From Candidatus Latescibacterota bacterium (GTDB lineage Bacteria; Latescibacterota; UBA2968; UBA8231): a DNA stretch of 64,000 nt. The DNA lies in NCBI GenBank assembly GCA_965242865.1, contig CBDETK010000013.1, positions 4,480,001-4,544,000 on the forward strand, read 5' to 3'. The notes under the pieces were generated by a model that searched no databases, had not been told where the DNA came from, and saw nothing but the letters and a program-made list of their open reading frames with translations. Positions 8,371 to 16,947 of the stretch are shown piece after piece. Each line of letters opens with the position of its first letter. The first letter of the stretch is position 1. The position numbers and the translations under genes are program-made.

Positions 8371-10281
8371 ATGACCGCACGCGCCTTCCTCATCGGCTTG
8401 GGCCTCGTGGTCCTGATCAACATTGGGGCCCCGTATAGCATGTTCATCCTCAAGTCCTCGCAATGGGCGATCAGCTACCTGCCCCTGAGCGTAGTCTTTC
8501 TCTTTACCGCCTTAGTCTTTCTCAACGCCACGGCCAAGTCGCTGCTCAAGGTGCGCGGCCTGAACACCAGCGAGCTCGGCCTCGTCTTTACCATGTCCTT
8601 GGTCGGGGCCTCGATTCCCACTTGGGGCACCTCCACGTACATGATCGCGGTCATCGCCGCCCCCCAGTACTTTGCCTCGCCCGAAAACCAGTGGCAGAGC
8701 AAGGTCGTGCAGTACATCGAGGAATGGCTCGTGCCCAACGACGCGATTGCCCTCAAGTGGTTTTACAACGGCCTGCCCGCCGGCGAATCCATCCCTTGGG
8801 GCGCGTGGATCGGGCCGCTTTTTTGGTGGACCAGCTTGGTCATGGCCATCTTCTTTTTGTGTCAGTGCATGGTCGCCGCCCTGCGCAAGCAGTGGGTCGA
8901 ATACGAGCGCCTGCCCTTCGCCCTGATGGCATTGCCCCAACAACTCATCGCCCCACCGCGCGGCTCCAACTGGCCCGGTTTTGTGCGCCAAAAGGCGTTC
9001 TGGTTCGGCTTTGCCCTGCCCTTCTGCATGGTTATGTGGAACGTGGTCACGTACTTTACCCCGGCCTTTCCGCCCATCCCCCGCGACCTGTCCGACCCCA
9101 TCCGCATTGGCCGCGAATTTCCCGCTATTCACACCAACGTCAACTGGGCCATCGTCGGCTTTGCGTACTTCGTCAACCTTGACGTGTCGTTCAGCTTGTG
9201 GTTCTTCACCGCGCTCACCATGCTGCAACAGGGCCTGTTCAATCGCTTCGGCTACACCTTGGCTGGCCGCGATGTGTACACCCTCGGGCATCCTGGGATC
9301 GGCTGGCAGTCTTTCGGTGCTCTAATCGCCCTCGTCGGCGGCATGCTGTGGATGGCGCGCGGGCACCTCGGCGCGATCTGGCGCAAAGCGGTGCATAACG
9401 ATGCGGCCATCGACGACGCCGACGAGCTGATGTCCTACCGGATGATCGTCTTTGGCGGCGGGCTGGCCCTGCTCTACATCGCCTTTTGGCTGTGGCGGGC
9501 CGGCATGAACCCGCCCACGGTCGCGCTCTTCATCTTAGCGACCTTGGTTCTCTACGTCGGCATTACGCGCATCATCATGGAGGGCGGCTTGCTCTTTAGC
9601 CGCGCCCCGCTCGTCGGCCAGACCTTTGTCGGCTACGCGCTCGGGCCGCACGCCACCGCGCAGAGCAACATCGCCCTGGGGCTGTCCTACGGCTGGCACC
9701 ACGAGCTCAAGGGCTTTTTCATGGTCGCCGCGGCCAACAGCGCCAAAGTGGCCGGCTCCATCCGCGGCAACCGCCGCTATCTGAGCTTCTACCTCCTCCT
9801 CTCGGCGCTGGTAGCCCTGGTCGTCTCCATGGCCTTCGCGCTCTACATGGGCTACTCCTTTGGCGCGTACAACTACGGGGGGTGGATCTTCGGCACCGGC
9901 TCGCAAGTGCCCTACGTGGAAAGCCTGCGGAAAATCGATCTCAAGGCCCCGGATTGGACGCGGTTGGGCCACCTCGTCAGCGGCGCGGGCGCGATGGGGT
10001 TGTTGACCTTTATGCGCTACCGCTTCTCGTGGTGGCCCCTGCACCCGATTGGCATGCCGGTCGGCATCTGCTCCTACCCCATGACCATTATCGTCTTTTC
10101 GATCTTCGTCTCTTGGCTGGCCAAATGGGCCATTATGCGGTCGGGCGGCATCGGCCTCTACCACCGCGCCCAACCCTTCTTCATCGGCCTCATCCTCGGG
10201 TACTTCACCGCGATTGGCCTGTCCTTTTGCATCGACATGATTTGGTTCCCCGGGCAAGGGCACCCCCTGTACGGAAACTAG
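8371..10281 (+). CDS. polytopic membrane protein, DUF6785/DUF6784-like (OPT-related putative transporter)
   Basis: Many TM helices. Motifs LRKQWVEYERLPFAL, NLDVSFSLWFF and RFSWWPLHPIG are typical of this family as I recall it. Confidence 0.7.
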   Translation: MTARAFLIGLGLVVLINIGAPYSMFILKSSQWAISYLPLSVVFLFTALVFLNATAKSLLKVRGLNTSELGLVFTMSLVGASIPTWGTSTYMIAVIAAPQYFASPENQWQSKVVQYIEEWLVPNDAIALKWFYNGLPAGESIPWGAWIGPLFWWTSLVMAIFFLCQCMVAALRKQWVEYERLPFALMALPQQLIAPPRGSNWPGFVRQKAFWFGFALPFCMVMWNVVTYFTPAFPPIPRDLSDPIRIGREFPAIHTNVNWAIVGFAYFVNLDVSFSLWFFTALTMLQQGLFNRFGYTLAGRDVYTLGHPGIGWQSFGALIALVGGMLWMARGHLGAIWRKAVHNDAAIDDADELMSYRMIVFGGGLALLYIAFWLWRAGMNPPTVALFILATLVLYVGITRIIMEGGLLFSRAPLVGQTFVGYALGPHATAQSNIALGLSYGWHHELKGFFMVAAANSAKVAGSIRGNRRYLSFYLLLSALVALVVSMAFALYMGYSFGAYNYGGWIFGTGSQVPYVESLRKIDLKAPDWTRLGHLVSGAGAMGLLTFMRYRFSWWPLHPIGMPVGICSYPMTIIVFSIFVSWLAKWAIMRSGGIGLYHRAQPFFIGLILGYFTAIGLSFCIDMIWFPGQGHPLYGN

Positions 10282-10284
10282 CCC

Positions 10285-12267
10285 ATGGCGCAAGACGACA
10301 AAAAATCGCCCGAGCTGATTCCCGCGGACCTCGAGTTTGAACCGGGGTTCAACGTCAAGACCTTGTGGGCCGCGCTCTTCGTCGGCTTCATCATGCTGCC
10401 CGGGGCCATCTACTTGGGGTTGGTCACCGGCCAAAGCATGGCCGGCGGCGCCGAGTGGGTGACGCTCATCCTCTTCATCGAAATCGCCAAGCGCTCGTTC
10501 GCCCGGCTGCGCACCCAAGAGGTGATCATTCTCTACTGGGTGGCCGGCGGCTTGGTCGTGATGGGCGGCAAGTTGGGCACGGGGGCCGAGTTGTTTGGCG
10601 GGCCGTTTGGCGGGCTGATCTGGGACCAATACTTGATCCAATCGCCCCAAGCCGACGGCTTGCACCAGTACATCCCCGATTGGGTGGTGCCGCCGCGCGG
10701 CTCGACGGCCCTCGCGGGACGCTCCTTTTTGCACCCGGACTGGATCAAGCCCATCGCCCTCCTGCTGACCGTCATCGTCATGCAGAAGGTCAACAGCCTG
10801 TCCTTGGGCTACGTGCTCTTCCGCGTCACCAACGACATCGAGCGCCTACCGTACCCGCTGGCCGCCGTGCAGGCCGGCGGCGCCACCGCCCTCGCCGAGA
10901 GCTCGGGGCCGAGCCAAGGCTGGCGGTGGGAAGTCTTTAGCGTCGGGGCCTTTATCGGCATTGTCTGGGGGCTGTTCTACGTGGTCATCCCCACGATTTC
11001 GGGCATTTTCTTCACCGAAACGGTGACCATCCTGCCGATTCCGTTCATCGACCTGACCGTTTCGATCAAGGAAATGCTGCCGGCGAGCATCATGGGCATT
11101 GGCACGGACTTGGGGCACGTCATGGTCGGCTTTGTCCTGCCCTTTTGGATCGTGGTCGGCTCCTTTGCCGCGGCCTTCCTCGTCAATCTCCTCGTCAATC
11201 CGTTGCTCTACGCGTACGATGTGCTGCACACTTGGGAGCCGGGCATGTCCGCGATCCCCACGCAGATCGCCAACTCCTTTGACTTCTGGCTCAGCTTCTC
11301 CATTGGCGGCGCGGTCGTCGTAGCCGTGATGGGTTTTGCCATGGTCGGCAAGACCCTGTGGACTTTGCGCGGCGTCAAGCGCGCCGAGGGCGACGAGCTC
11401 CGAACCGAGGGCCGCGGCGACATCCCCATCCCCCTCGCCTTGGGCCTCTGGGCGGTGAGTACGCTCGGCTTCGTGGTCTTGGTGTGGTATTTGGTGCCGG
11501 AATTTCCCTGGTGGATCAGCGCGTTCTTCGGCTTTGTGTGGACGCCGATTTACTCGTACATCGGAGCGCGCATGATCGGCCTAACCGGCTCGCCGCAAGG
11601 CGCGTCCTTTCCCTATCTGCGTGAAGGCTCCTTTTACCTGTCGGGCTATCAGGGCGCGGCCGTGTGGTTCGCGCCGATTCCGCTCTTCCAGTGGGGCTAC
11701 GAAGCGGCGGCCTTCAAGCAGCTAGAGCTGACCCGCACTCACTTCGGCAGCATCGTCAAGCTGGCCGGCGTAACCCTGCTGATCATGTTCGTCTGCTCGT
11801 TTGTGTTCTGGTCTTTTATTTGGCAGCTCGGGCCGATTCCCTCGGCCGCCTACCCCTACGTGCAAAAGTTTTGGCCCTTCCACGCCACCATGCAGGCGTT
11901 CTGGGCCAAGTCAACCCTCGCCGAAGGGGGCAACGAGCTGATCAAGACGATCATTCGCTGGGAATACGTGCTCACCGGCGCGTTGGGCAGCGCGGGCATT
12001 TTGGGCGCGTTGGCGCTGGTGCGCTGGCCGGTCGCCCTGTTCTACGGCTTCATCGGCGGCGTGGGCGCGTGGCCGCACTTTCTGCTGCCCAACTTCATCG
12101 GCGCGTTGCTGGGCCGCTATCACTTGCGGAAGCGTTTTGGCGCGGCGCGCTGGCGGGTGTATGCGCCGATTCTCTTGGCGGGGTATTCGTGCGGGATGGG
12201 ATTGGTCGGCATGTCGTCCATCGCGCTGGCGCTGATTTCTAAGGCCGTGTCGAGCATTGTGTTTTGA
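10285..12267 (+). CDS. OPT-like oligopeptide transporter-type membrane protein
   Basis: About 15 or more hydrophobic segments. DIERLPYPLAAVQAGGATALAES matches the OPT ExLxFP motif. Starts 3 nt after the previous gene. Confidence 0.7.
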   Translation: MAQDDKKSPELIPADLEFEPGFNVKTLWAALFVGFIMLPGAIYLGLVTGQSMAGGAEWVTLILFIEIAKRSFARLRTQEVIILYWVAGGLVVMGGKLGTGAELFGGPFGGLIWDQYLIQSPQADGLHQYIPDWVVPPRGSTALAGRSFLHPDWIKPIALLLTVIVMQKVNSLSLGYVLFRVTNDIERLPYPLAAVQAGGATALAESSGPSQGWRWEVFSVGAFIGIVWGLFYVVIPTISGIFFTETVTILPIPFIDLTVSIKEMLPASIMGIGTDLGHVMVGFVLPFWIVVGSFAAAFLVNLLVNPLLYAYDVLHTWEPGMSAIPTQIANSFDFWLSFSIGGAVVVAVMGFAMVGKTLWTLRGVKRAEGDELRTEGRGDIPIPLALGLWAVSTLGFVVLVWYLVPEFPWWISAFFGFVWTPIYSYIGARMIGLTGSPQGASFPYLREGSFYLSGYQGAAVWFAPIPLFQWGYEAAAFKQLELTRTHFGSIVKLAGVTLLIMFVCSFVFWSFIWQLGPIPSAAYPYVQKFWPFHATMQAFWAKSTLAEGGNELIKTIIRWEYVLTGALGSAGILGALALVRWPVALFYGFIGGVGAWPHFLLPNFIGALLGRYHLRKRFGAARWRVYAPILLAGYSCGMGLVGMSSIALALISKAVSSIVF

Positions 12268-12275
12268 GGGCGTCA

Positions 12276-12377
12276 TTAGCCACAGTCGCAAAAAGCTTCC
12301 GGGGCATTGGCAAATTAGCCACAAAAAGCACAAGCGTATTTTTATATTGGCCACAAAAAGCACAAAGGTCACAAAAT
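12276..12377 (+). repeat. clustered GCCACAAAAAGCACAAA-type short repeats
   Basis: ATTAGCCACAG, ATTAGCCACAAAAAGCACAAG and TTGGCCACAAAAAGCACAAAGGTCACAAAA. An inverted copy lies at about 12526-12556. Confidence 0.75.
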
Positions 12378-12500
12378 GAGTTTTTTGATTTCGAGCCTTG
12401 GTGATCCGAAGTTGATCAGCAAGGCGTCTCGTTGGCCGGATGCACGGAGATAGCCCAGCGTTTGGGCGGTATGTTCGGGAATCACACAAAGCCCGGATGC
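12369..12500 (-). pseudogene. C-terminal remnant of a GxxExxY family protein
   Basis: Minus strand reads PEHTAQTLGYLRASGQRDALLINFGSPRLEIKKLIL*, the characteristic GxxExxY C-terminus (AQxxxYL...LLINFG). Flanked by the CACAAA repeats. Confidence 0.75.
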
Positions 12501-12512
12501 GTTGCTCGTCTC

Positions 12513-12788
12513 TCACCACTGTACCCTCTTTGTGCTTTTTGTGCCTCTTGTGGCCATGTCTCTGCGGCGCGGTGGTATCGGAATATCGGCCTGCGGTTCG
12601 GGCGCGAGTAGCAACTGCTTCAACGTAGGTTGGCTCATTTGCTCCAATCGCCGCCATTGGTCAATGGACACCAGCACCGCCGTTTCTACGCCCCGTTTGG
12701 TCACGATTTGCGGCCCTTCGGCAAGGCTCGTCTCAAGGAGTTCGCTAAACCGAGCCTTCGCCTCTTGTACCTGCCATGATCTATTCAT
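12513..12788 (-). CDS. Phd/YefM family antitoxin (orphan; 3' end runs into repeat)
   Basis: WQVQEAKARFSELL...GPQIVTKRGVETAVLVS, with GGAGAGG RBS. No toxin gene downstream. Confidence 0.85.
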   Translation of the reverse strand: MNRSWQVQEAKARFSELLETSLAEGPQIVTKRGVETAVLVSIDQWRRLEQMSQPTLKQLLLAPEPQADIPIPPRRRDMATRGTKSTKRVQW

Positions 12789-12936
12789 AGTAACCTCTCC
12801 GGATTCAAAATTGTCCTGACTAGGAAGCCAACCAGTCCGTACCCTGAGATCAATTTATCATGGTGGCAAAAAAATTCCCCTATCAATGCCCTACTCAGCA
12901 ATCCGTCATGCTGCTCGCGCAGAAGTCATAGATTGT

Positions 12937-12984
12937 AAAATGCCCCCTTTTTGTACATTGTATGTACGAAAAAGGGGGCATTTT
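12937..12984. promoter_or_regulatory. long inverted repeat upstream of AAA/DUF4143 gene
   Basis: AAAATGCCCCCTTTTT-GTACAT tgt ATGTAC-G-AAAAAGGGGGCATTTT: 22-bp arms with one bulge. Confidence 0.7.
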
Positions 12985-12992
12985 TATTCATT

Positions 12993-14216
12993 ATGATGGA
13001 TAGAGCGTTGGAATCCGTCTTCCAGACCTTGGACCTGACGCACATCCGCCGGGAACTCGAAGGGCTGCTGGGCCAACCGCTGTTGGCAGCGGGCAGCATG
13101 CTCTTCCTCGACGAAATCCAAGCGACTCCCCACGCCCTGCCCGCCCTGCGCTACTTATGGGAAGACCACCCCGAACTGCCGGTTATCGCCGCGGGCTCCT
13201 TACTCGAATTCGTCCTCTCGCAACACGCCTTTACCATGCCGGTAGGGCGCATTCAATACTTCCATCTAGGGCCGATGAGCTTTGAAGAATTCCTCGTCGC
13301 ACTGGATCCGCCCCTGTTGGCCTATCTGCAAGACTACGCCCTTGAGCAGCCCCTGCCCCATATCGTCCACACCCGCCTGTTGGCCTATCAGCGGGAGTTC
13401 CTGTTGGTCGGTGGTATGCCCGAAGCCGTAGCTGCGTATCGCTCGACCCGCTGCTTTGCCGATGTGCAGCCCGTGCATCAGTCCATCGTCGATACCTACC
13501 AAGACGATTTTGCCAAGTACGCGTCCGCCCAAGTCCGGTTGCGCTTGCAGCGAGTTTTCAACTACGTCCCCCGAGCCGTGGGCCGCAAAGTCAAGTACAC
13601 CGAGATCCACCGCGAGGAGACCGCCCGCGAACTGCGCACCGCCATTGACTTGCTAACCAAGGCCCGGGTCATTGCACCCGTCTTCCACAACACCTGTTCC
13701 GGGGTGCCCCTCCACGCCGAGGTCAATTGGAAGACCTACAAACTCCTCTTTTTGGACATCGGCCTGATGAACCGTCTGTGCGGCCTAGACTGGCTGGCTC
13801 TGAAAGACTTGGACGACCGCCGACTGGTCAATGAAGGCGCCTTGGCCGAACAGTTCGTCGGACAACACCTACTCTACTTGGAAGAGGGCCGGGAGACGCC
13901 CCGGCTACACTACTGGCTGCGGGAAGGAAAAAGTGCCAACGCCGAAGTGGACTACGCGCTGGCTCGGGGGACTTGGGTCGTGCCGGTCGAAGTCAAGGCG
14001 GGCACCAGCGGCACCCTGCGCTCGCTGCATCAGTTCGCCTTGGCCAAAGGGACGCGCCTCGCGGTGCGCTTCGATCTCAATCCGCCCACCGTCCAGTCCA
14101 TCCGGCACCGAGTAAGCGGAACGCGGCAGACCGTGGAAATGACCTTGCTCTCCCTGCCGCTTTACTTGGTGGGACAACTCGGCCGCCTGCTGGATCGGCT
14201 CAGGCAGGCGCCCTAA
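12993..14216 (+). pseudogene. AAA+ ATPase / DUF4143 protein lacking Walker A
   Basis: Walker B LFLDEIQ, AAGSLL, LVGGMPEAV and C-terminal EVDY...PVEVKAG are present. There is no GxRxxGKS/T at the N-terminus. Confidence 0.7.
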
Positions 14217-14602
14217 CCTCAACCCCCACCTTTGCCGCACTCGCCGCAATCTGCGCCTGGCGCGGCGGACAGCGACCGCGGCCATGCCGGTGGCCCGCGC
14301 CTTCTCCAAGCCCAGCTCCACGCCGCGGCTCATCGCCACCTGCCCAAAGCCCCAATGCGCGTCAAGCACGGCGAGGGTCGGGGCCTCGTGAACGACTTCG
14401 ATGGCTGCGTCTGGCATCATGTCGCCGGCTTCGACTTGGCCCAAGTACTGGGGGATGCGGACCACGCCGTGTGAGTCGTGGCCGACGAGATTGGCTCGAC
14501 CAGCAATTCGGCGACGATGCGGGCCAGCTCGGGCCGCATCCCGGCCGCGGCAAAAATGGCGGTGCTGGTCTCGAGCAAGGACGACGGAGAAAAGACGGGC
14601 AT
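14200..14602 (-). pseudogene. Ldh family (malate/L-sulfolactate dehydrogenase-type) oxidoreductase remnant
   Basis: MPVFSPSSLLETSTAIFAAAG..., frameshift, then GHDSHGVVRIPQY...LDAHWGFGQV...GMAAVAVRR. It then jumps to a C-terminal-like QIAASAAKVGVEV. Confidence 0.8.
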
Positions 14603-15018
14603 TACTCTTTGGCCCCGGCCGCGATCCACGCGCGGATTATCTCCACCTGCTCGGCGGACAGAGCCGCGCCCGGCGGCATTTGCTGGAGGACGATCTCGTC
14701 GTCGCCGCGCACCTTGAGCAGCAGGTACGAGTCGTCGGGATTCCCCGGATCGACCAGCTTGCGATCCGGCCGCTGAGCGCTGGCGACGCCGACGATGCGC
14801 GCGGCAAAGTCGCCCTCCAGCGACAAATCGGCGGCGGGCCGCCCGCCGCGGTGGCAGCCCGAAATGGCGCAACCCACCGCAAAGACTTCGCCGACCTGCG
14901 CTAGGGTCGCTTCGGGCCGCGCTTCCGCGCCATCCGACCCGTCCGGCCCCACCGTCGAGTCATCGCCCGCGCAACCAGCCCACGACAGGGCCGCGACCAA
15001 CAGCATACAGGGTATCAA
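14602..15018 (-). CDS. lipoprotein with c-type cytochrome-like domain (CX4CH)
   Basis: Lipobox SWAGC, CAISGCH, then LVDPGNPDDSYLLLKV and QMPP. TTG start follows AGGAGG. Confidence 0.7.
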   Translation of the reverse strand: MIPCMLLVAALSWAGCAGDDSTVGPDGSDGAEARPEATLAQVGEVFAVGCAISGCHRGGRPAADLSLEGDFAARIVGVASAQRPDRKLVDPGNPDDSYLLLKVRGDDEIVLQQMPPGAALSAEQVEIIRAWIAAGAKE

Positions 15019-15038
15019 GTTCGCATTCCTCCTAAAGC

Positions 15039-16055
15039 CTAGTGCCGCTCGCGCACCCGCCGCAGCAACTCGTCGCTCGTGCATTCAAATATCCAGTCGC
15101 CCACGTCTGCTAAGTCCTCGCTCGCCAAGCCGGCCAACAGCCCCCCCAAGCTCGCAGCCGCCTCGTCGCCGAACCGCCGAGCAGCTAGGCGGCACAACAA
15201 CGCTCGCTCGCCTTCGGCGCGCCCCTGCTGCCGACCTTCGGCGCGACCTTCGGCGCGGTGCCGCCACAGCCGCGGGGTTCCCGCTGGGCCGGCCGTGCCC
15301 AACTGCGCCGTCAGGGCCTGCCCCACCCGCACCAGGGCCGCGGTCGTCGCGGCCGACCAGCCCGTCCGCTCGTTCAGGGCCGCGTGAATCTCGGCCGCTG
15401 TCCAGCCGGCAAACGCCCGGCTCGCAGCCACCTCCCGATAGCGTCCCTCCTCCAACACGCGAATCGTCAGTCCCGGCAAACCCGCCCGCCGATTCGGCGT
15501 GTACGCCTCCGGCACCTCTACCCACAACTCCGGGAACCCCCACGCCTCATACAGCCACAGTTTCCCCCGCCGAATGTCCGTGGTGTGATCGACTTCCAAC
15601 ACCACGTCCGGCAGGGCGTGAACGCCCAGTTTCAGCCCTTGGCGATCGGGCAACACGGCCTCCTGCGGACGCAGGTAGATGCACTGATCGGGCCGCATGA
15701 TCCCCTCGTAGTGGCCTTGGGCGTCTAGCCGCCAGATGCTCGTCGTGCCAAACGCGGCAAAGTGCGCTCCGCACTCATCGGCGAACTGCTGGGCGAGCTG
15801 CGCCAGATACTGGCTGGGCAATTCGTGATCGCCGCTGACGATGCGGGCGTCCGCGTCGGACACGATCAAGGTCTCGGTCGGCCCGTGCCAATACTCAAAG
15901 CGGCCTTCGTACATCTCGATCTCGGCCGCCGACACGTGTTTGGCGTGGCAACCGGGGAACACCAGCCGCTGGCCATCGGGCAGGTAGAGTACCGGCGCGC
16001 CCTCCTCTTCCGCATTTAATACCGCAGCGGCGACATTGCTCTCAGTCATTGCCAT
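15039..16055 (-). CDS. Uma2 family endonuclease with EGR-repeat/DUF4351-like tail
   Basis: RPDQCIY...PDVVLEVD...KLWLYEAWGFPELW, with C-terminal EGRAEGRQQGRAEGERALLCRLAARRFG. Confidence 0.85.
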   Translation of the reverse strand: MAMTESNVAAAVLNAEEEGAPVLYLPDGQRLVFPGCHAKHVSAAEIEMYEGRFEYWHGPTETLIVSDADARIVSGDHELPSQYLAQLAQQFADECGAHFAAFGTTSIWRLDAQGHYEGIMRPDQCIYLRPQEAVLPDRQGLKLGVHALPDVVLEVDHTTDIRRGKLWLYEAWGFPELWVEVPEAYTPNRRAGLPGLTIRVLEEGRYREVAASRAFAGWTAAEIHAALNERTGWSAATTAALVRVGQALTAQLGTAGPAGTPRLWRHRAEGRAEGRQQGRAEGERALLCRLAARRFGDEAAASLGGLLAGLASEDLADVGDWIFECTSDELLRRVRERH

Positions 16056-16143
16056 GCTCCTCCATAGAACTACCGGCTGAATTACCCAAATTACCCAAAC
16101 GAGGAAATGCGCCAGAGCCTGAATGAAAGTTTACTGAACCACT

Positions 16144-16269
16144 TCAATCCCCGTCGCGCACATACCAGTGGCGCTTCCCCAGCCAGCGCGAGCCAAAGGC
16201 GAGCGACTCGCAGTGGACGCCGACGGCGATCAGGGTTAGTAAAATTGAAACAGGTAGTATGGTAGCCAT
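16144..16269 (-). pseudogene. short hydrophobic ORF, possible N-terminal remnant of a small K+ channel-family protein
   Basis: MATILPVSILLTLIAVGVHCESLAFGSRWL...; the VHxE pattern after a TM helix is only suggestive. Confidence 0.3.
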
Positions 16270-16390
16270 CGCGACGAGGATTTGTCCTCTAGATCGTCTT
16301 CAGCCGCCTTGTAGGTCGTTTGTCGAGTCGGTATCTTGGGCGACCAAAATGCGGCGGTACTTGCCTTCGGCTAGCATGGGAGAAAAGCGA

Positions 16391-16422
16391 ATCGCCGTCG
16401 TCCGATTGGCAACGACGGCGAT
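16391..16422. terminator. hairpin downstream of coiled-coil gene
   Basis: ATCGCCGTCGT-N10-ACGACGGCGAT perfect 11-bp stem. Confidence 0.45.
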
Positions 16423-16491
16423 CCAACTCAGGTTATAGCTTGTATAGATTGTATAGGACGAGCACGGGGATCTATTCCTGCGGGGTTGGCG

Positions 16492-16845
16492 TTACGGGAG
16501 CTTATACAAAATCACGCCGATGGTCGATAGCCAACTGGTAAACAACAGGCCGAGAAACCAATTCATGCGCCGGTCTAGGCTCTCGATCTTGCGCTCAACA
16601 GCGTCAAAGCGAGCGGCGGTGTTTTTCTCCGAGTTTTCGATTCGAGCGGTCATGCTCTTCTCCGAGCTTTCGATTCGAGCGGTCATGTTCCTCTCCGAGC
16701 TTTCGATCAGAGCGGTCATGTTCCTCTCCGAGCTTTCGATCTGGCGTTCAACGATGTCAAAGTGGTGGCCATTCTGCTCAATGAGCGTCTCCAAGCGGGC
16801 CAAGGTGATGTCGTGTTGGTGAACTTTGGTTTCAACTTCGTTCAT
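16492..16845 (-). CDS. coiled-coil protein with 11-aa tandem repeats and C-terminal TM (CCDC90/DUF1640-like)
   Basis: IESSERNMTA[L/R] x4 (33-bp repeats), hydrophobic C-terminus, AGGAGAAG RBS. Confidence 0.75.
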   Translation of the reverse strand: MNEVETKVHQHDITLARLETLIEQNGHHFDIVERQIESSERNMTALIESSERNMTARIESSEKSMTARIENSEKNTAARFDAVERKIESLDRRMNWFLGLLFTSWLSTIGVILYKLP

Positions 16846-16947
16846 AAGACTTCTCCTTTCGCATTCGCGGGTGGGCCGTGCTCGTCCATTACCAAGAAAA
16901 TAGCGGCTGTGCTCCTAATTGCAAAATTTCAAGCGGCGCGGAGTGCA

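Noticed and set aside
16610-16742. 33-bp repeats as a CRISPR or non-coding array
   Set aside because: They are in-frame coding repeats of the coiled-coil gene.
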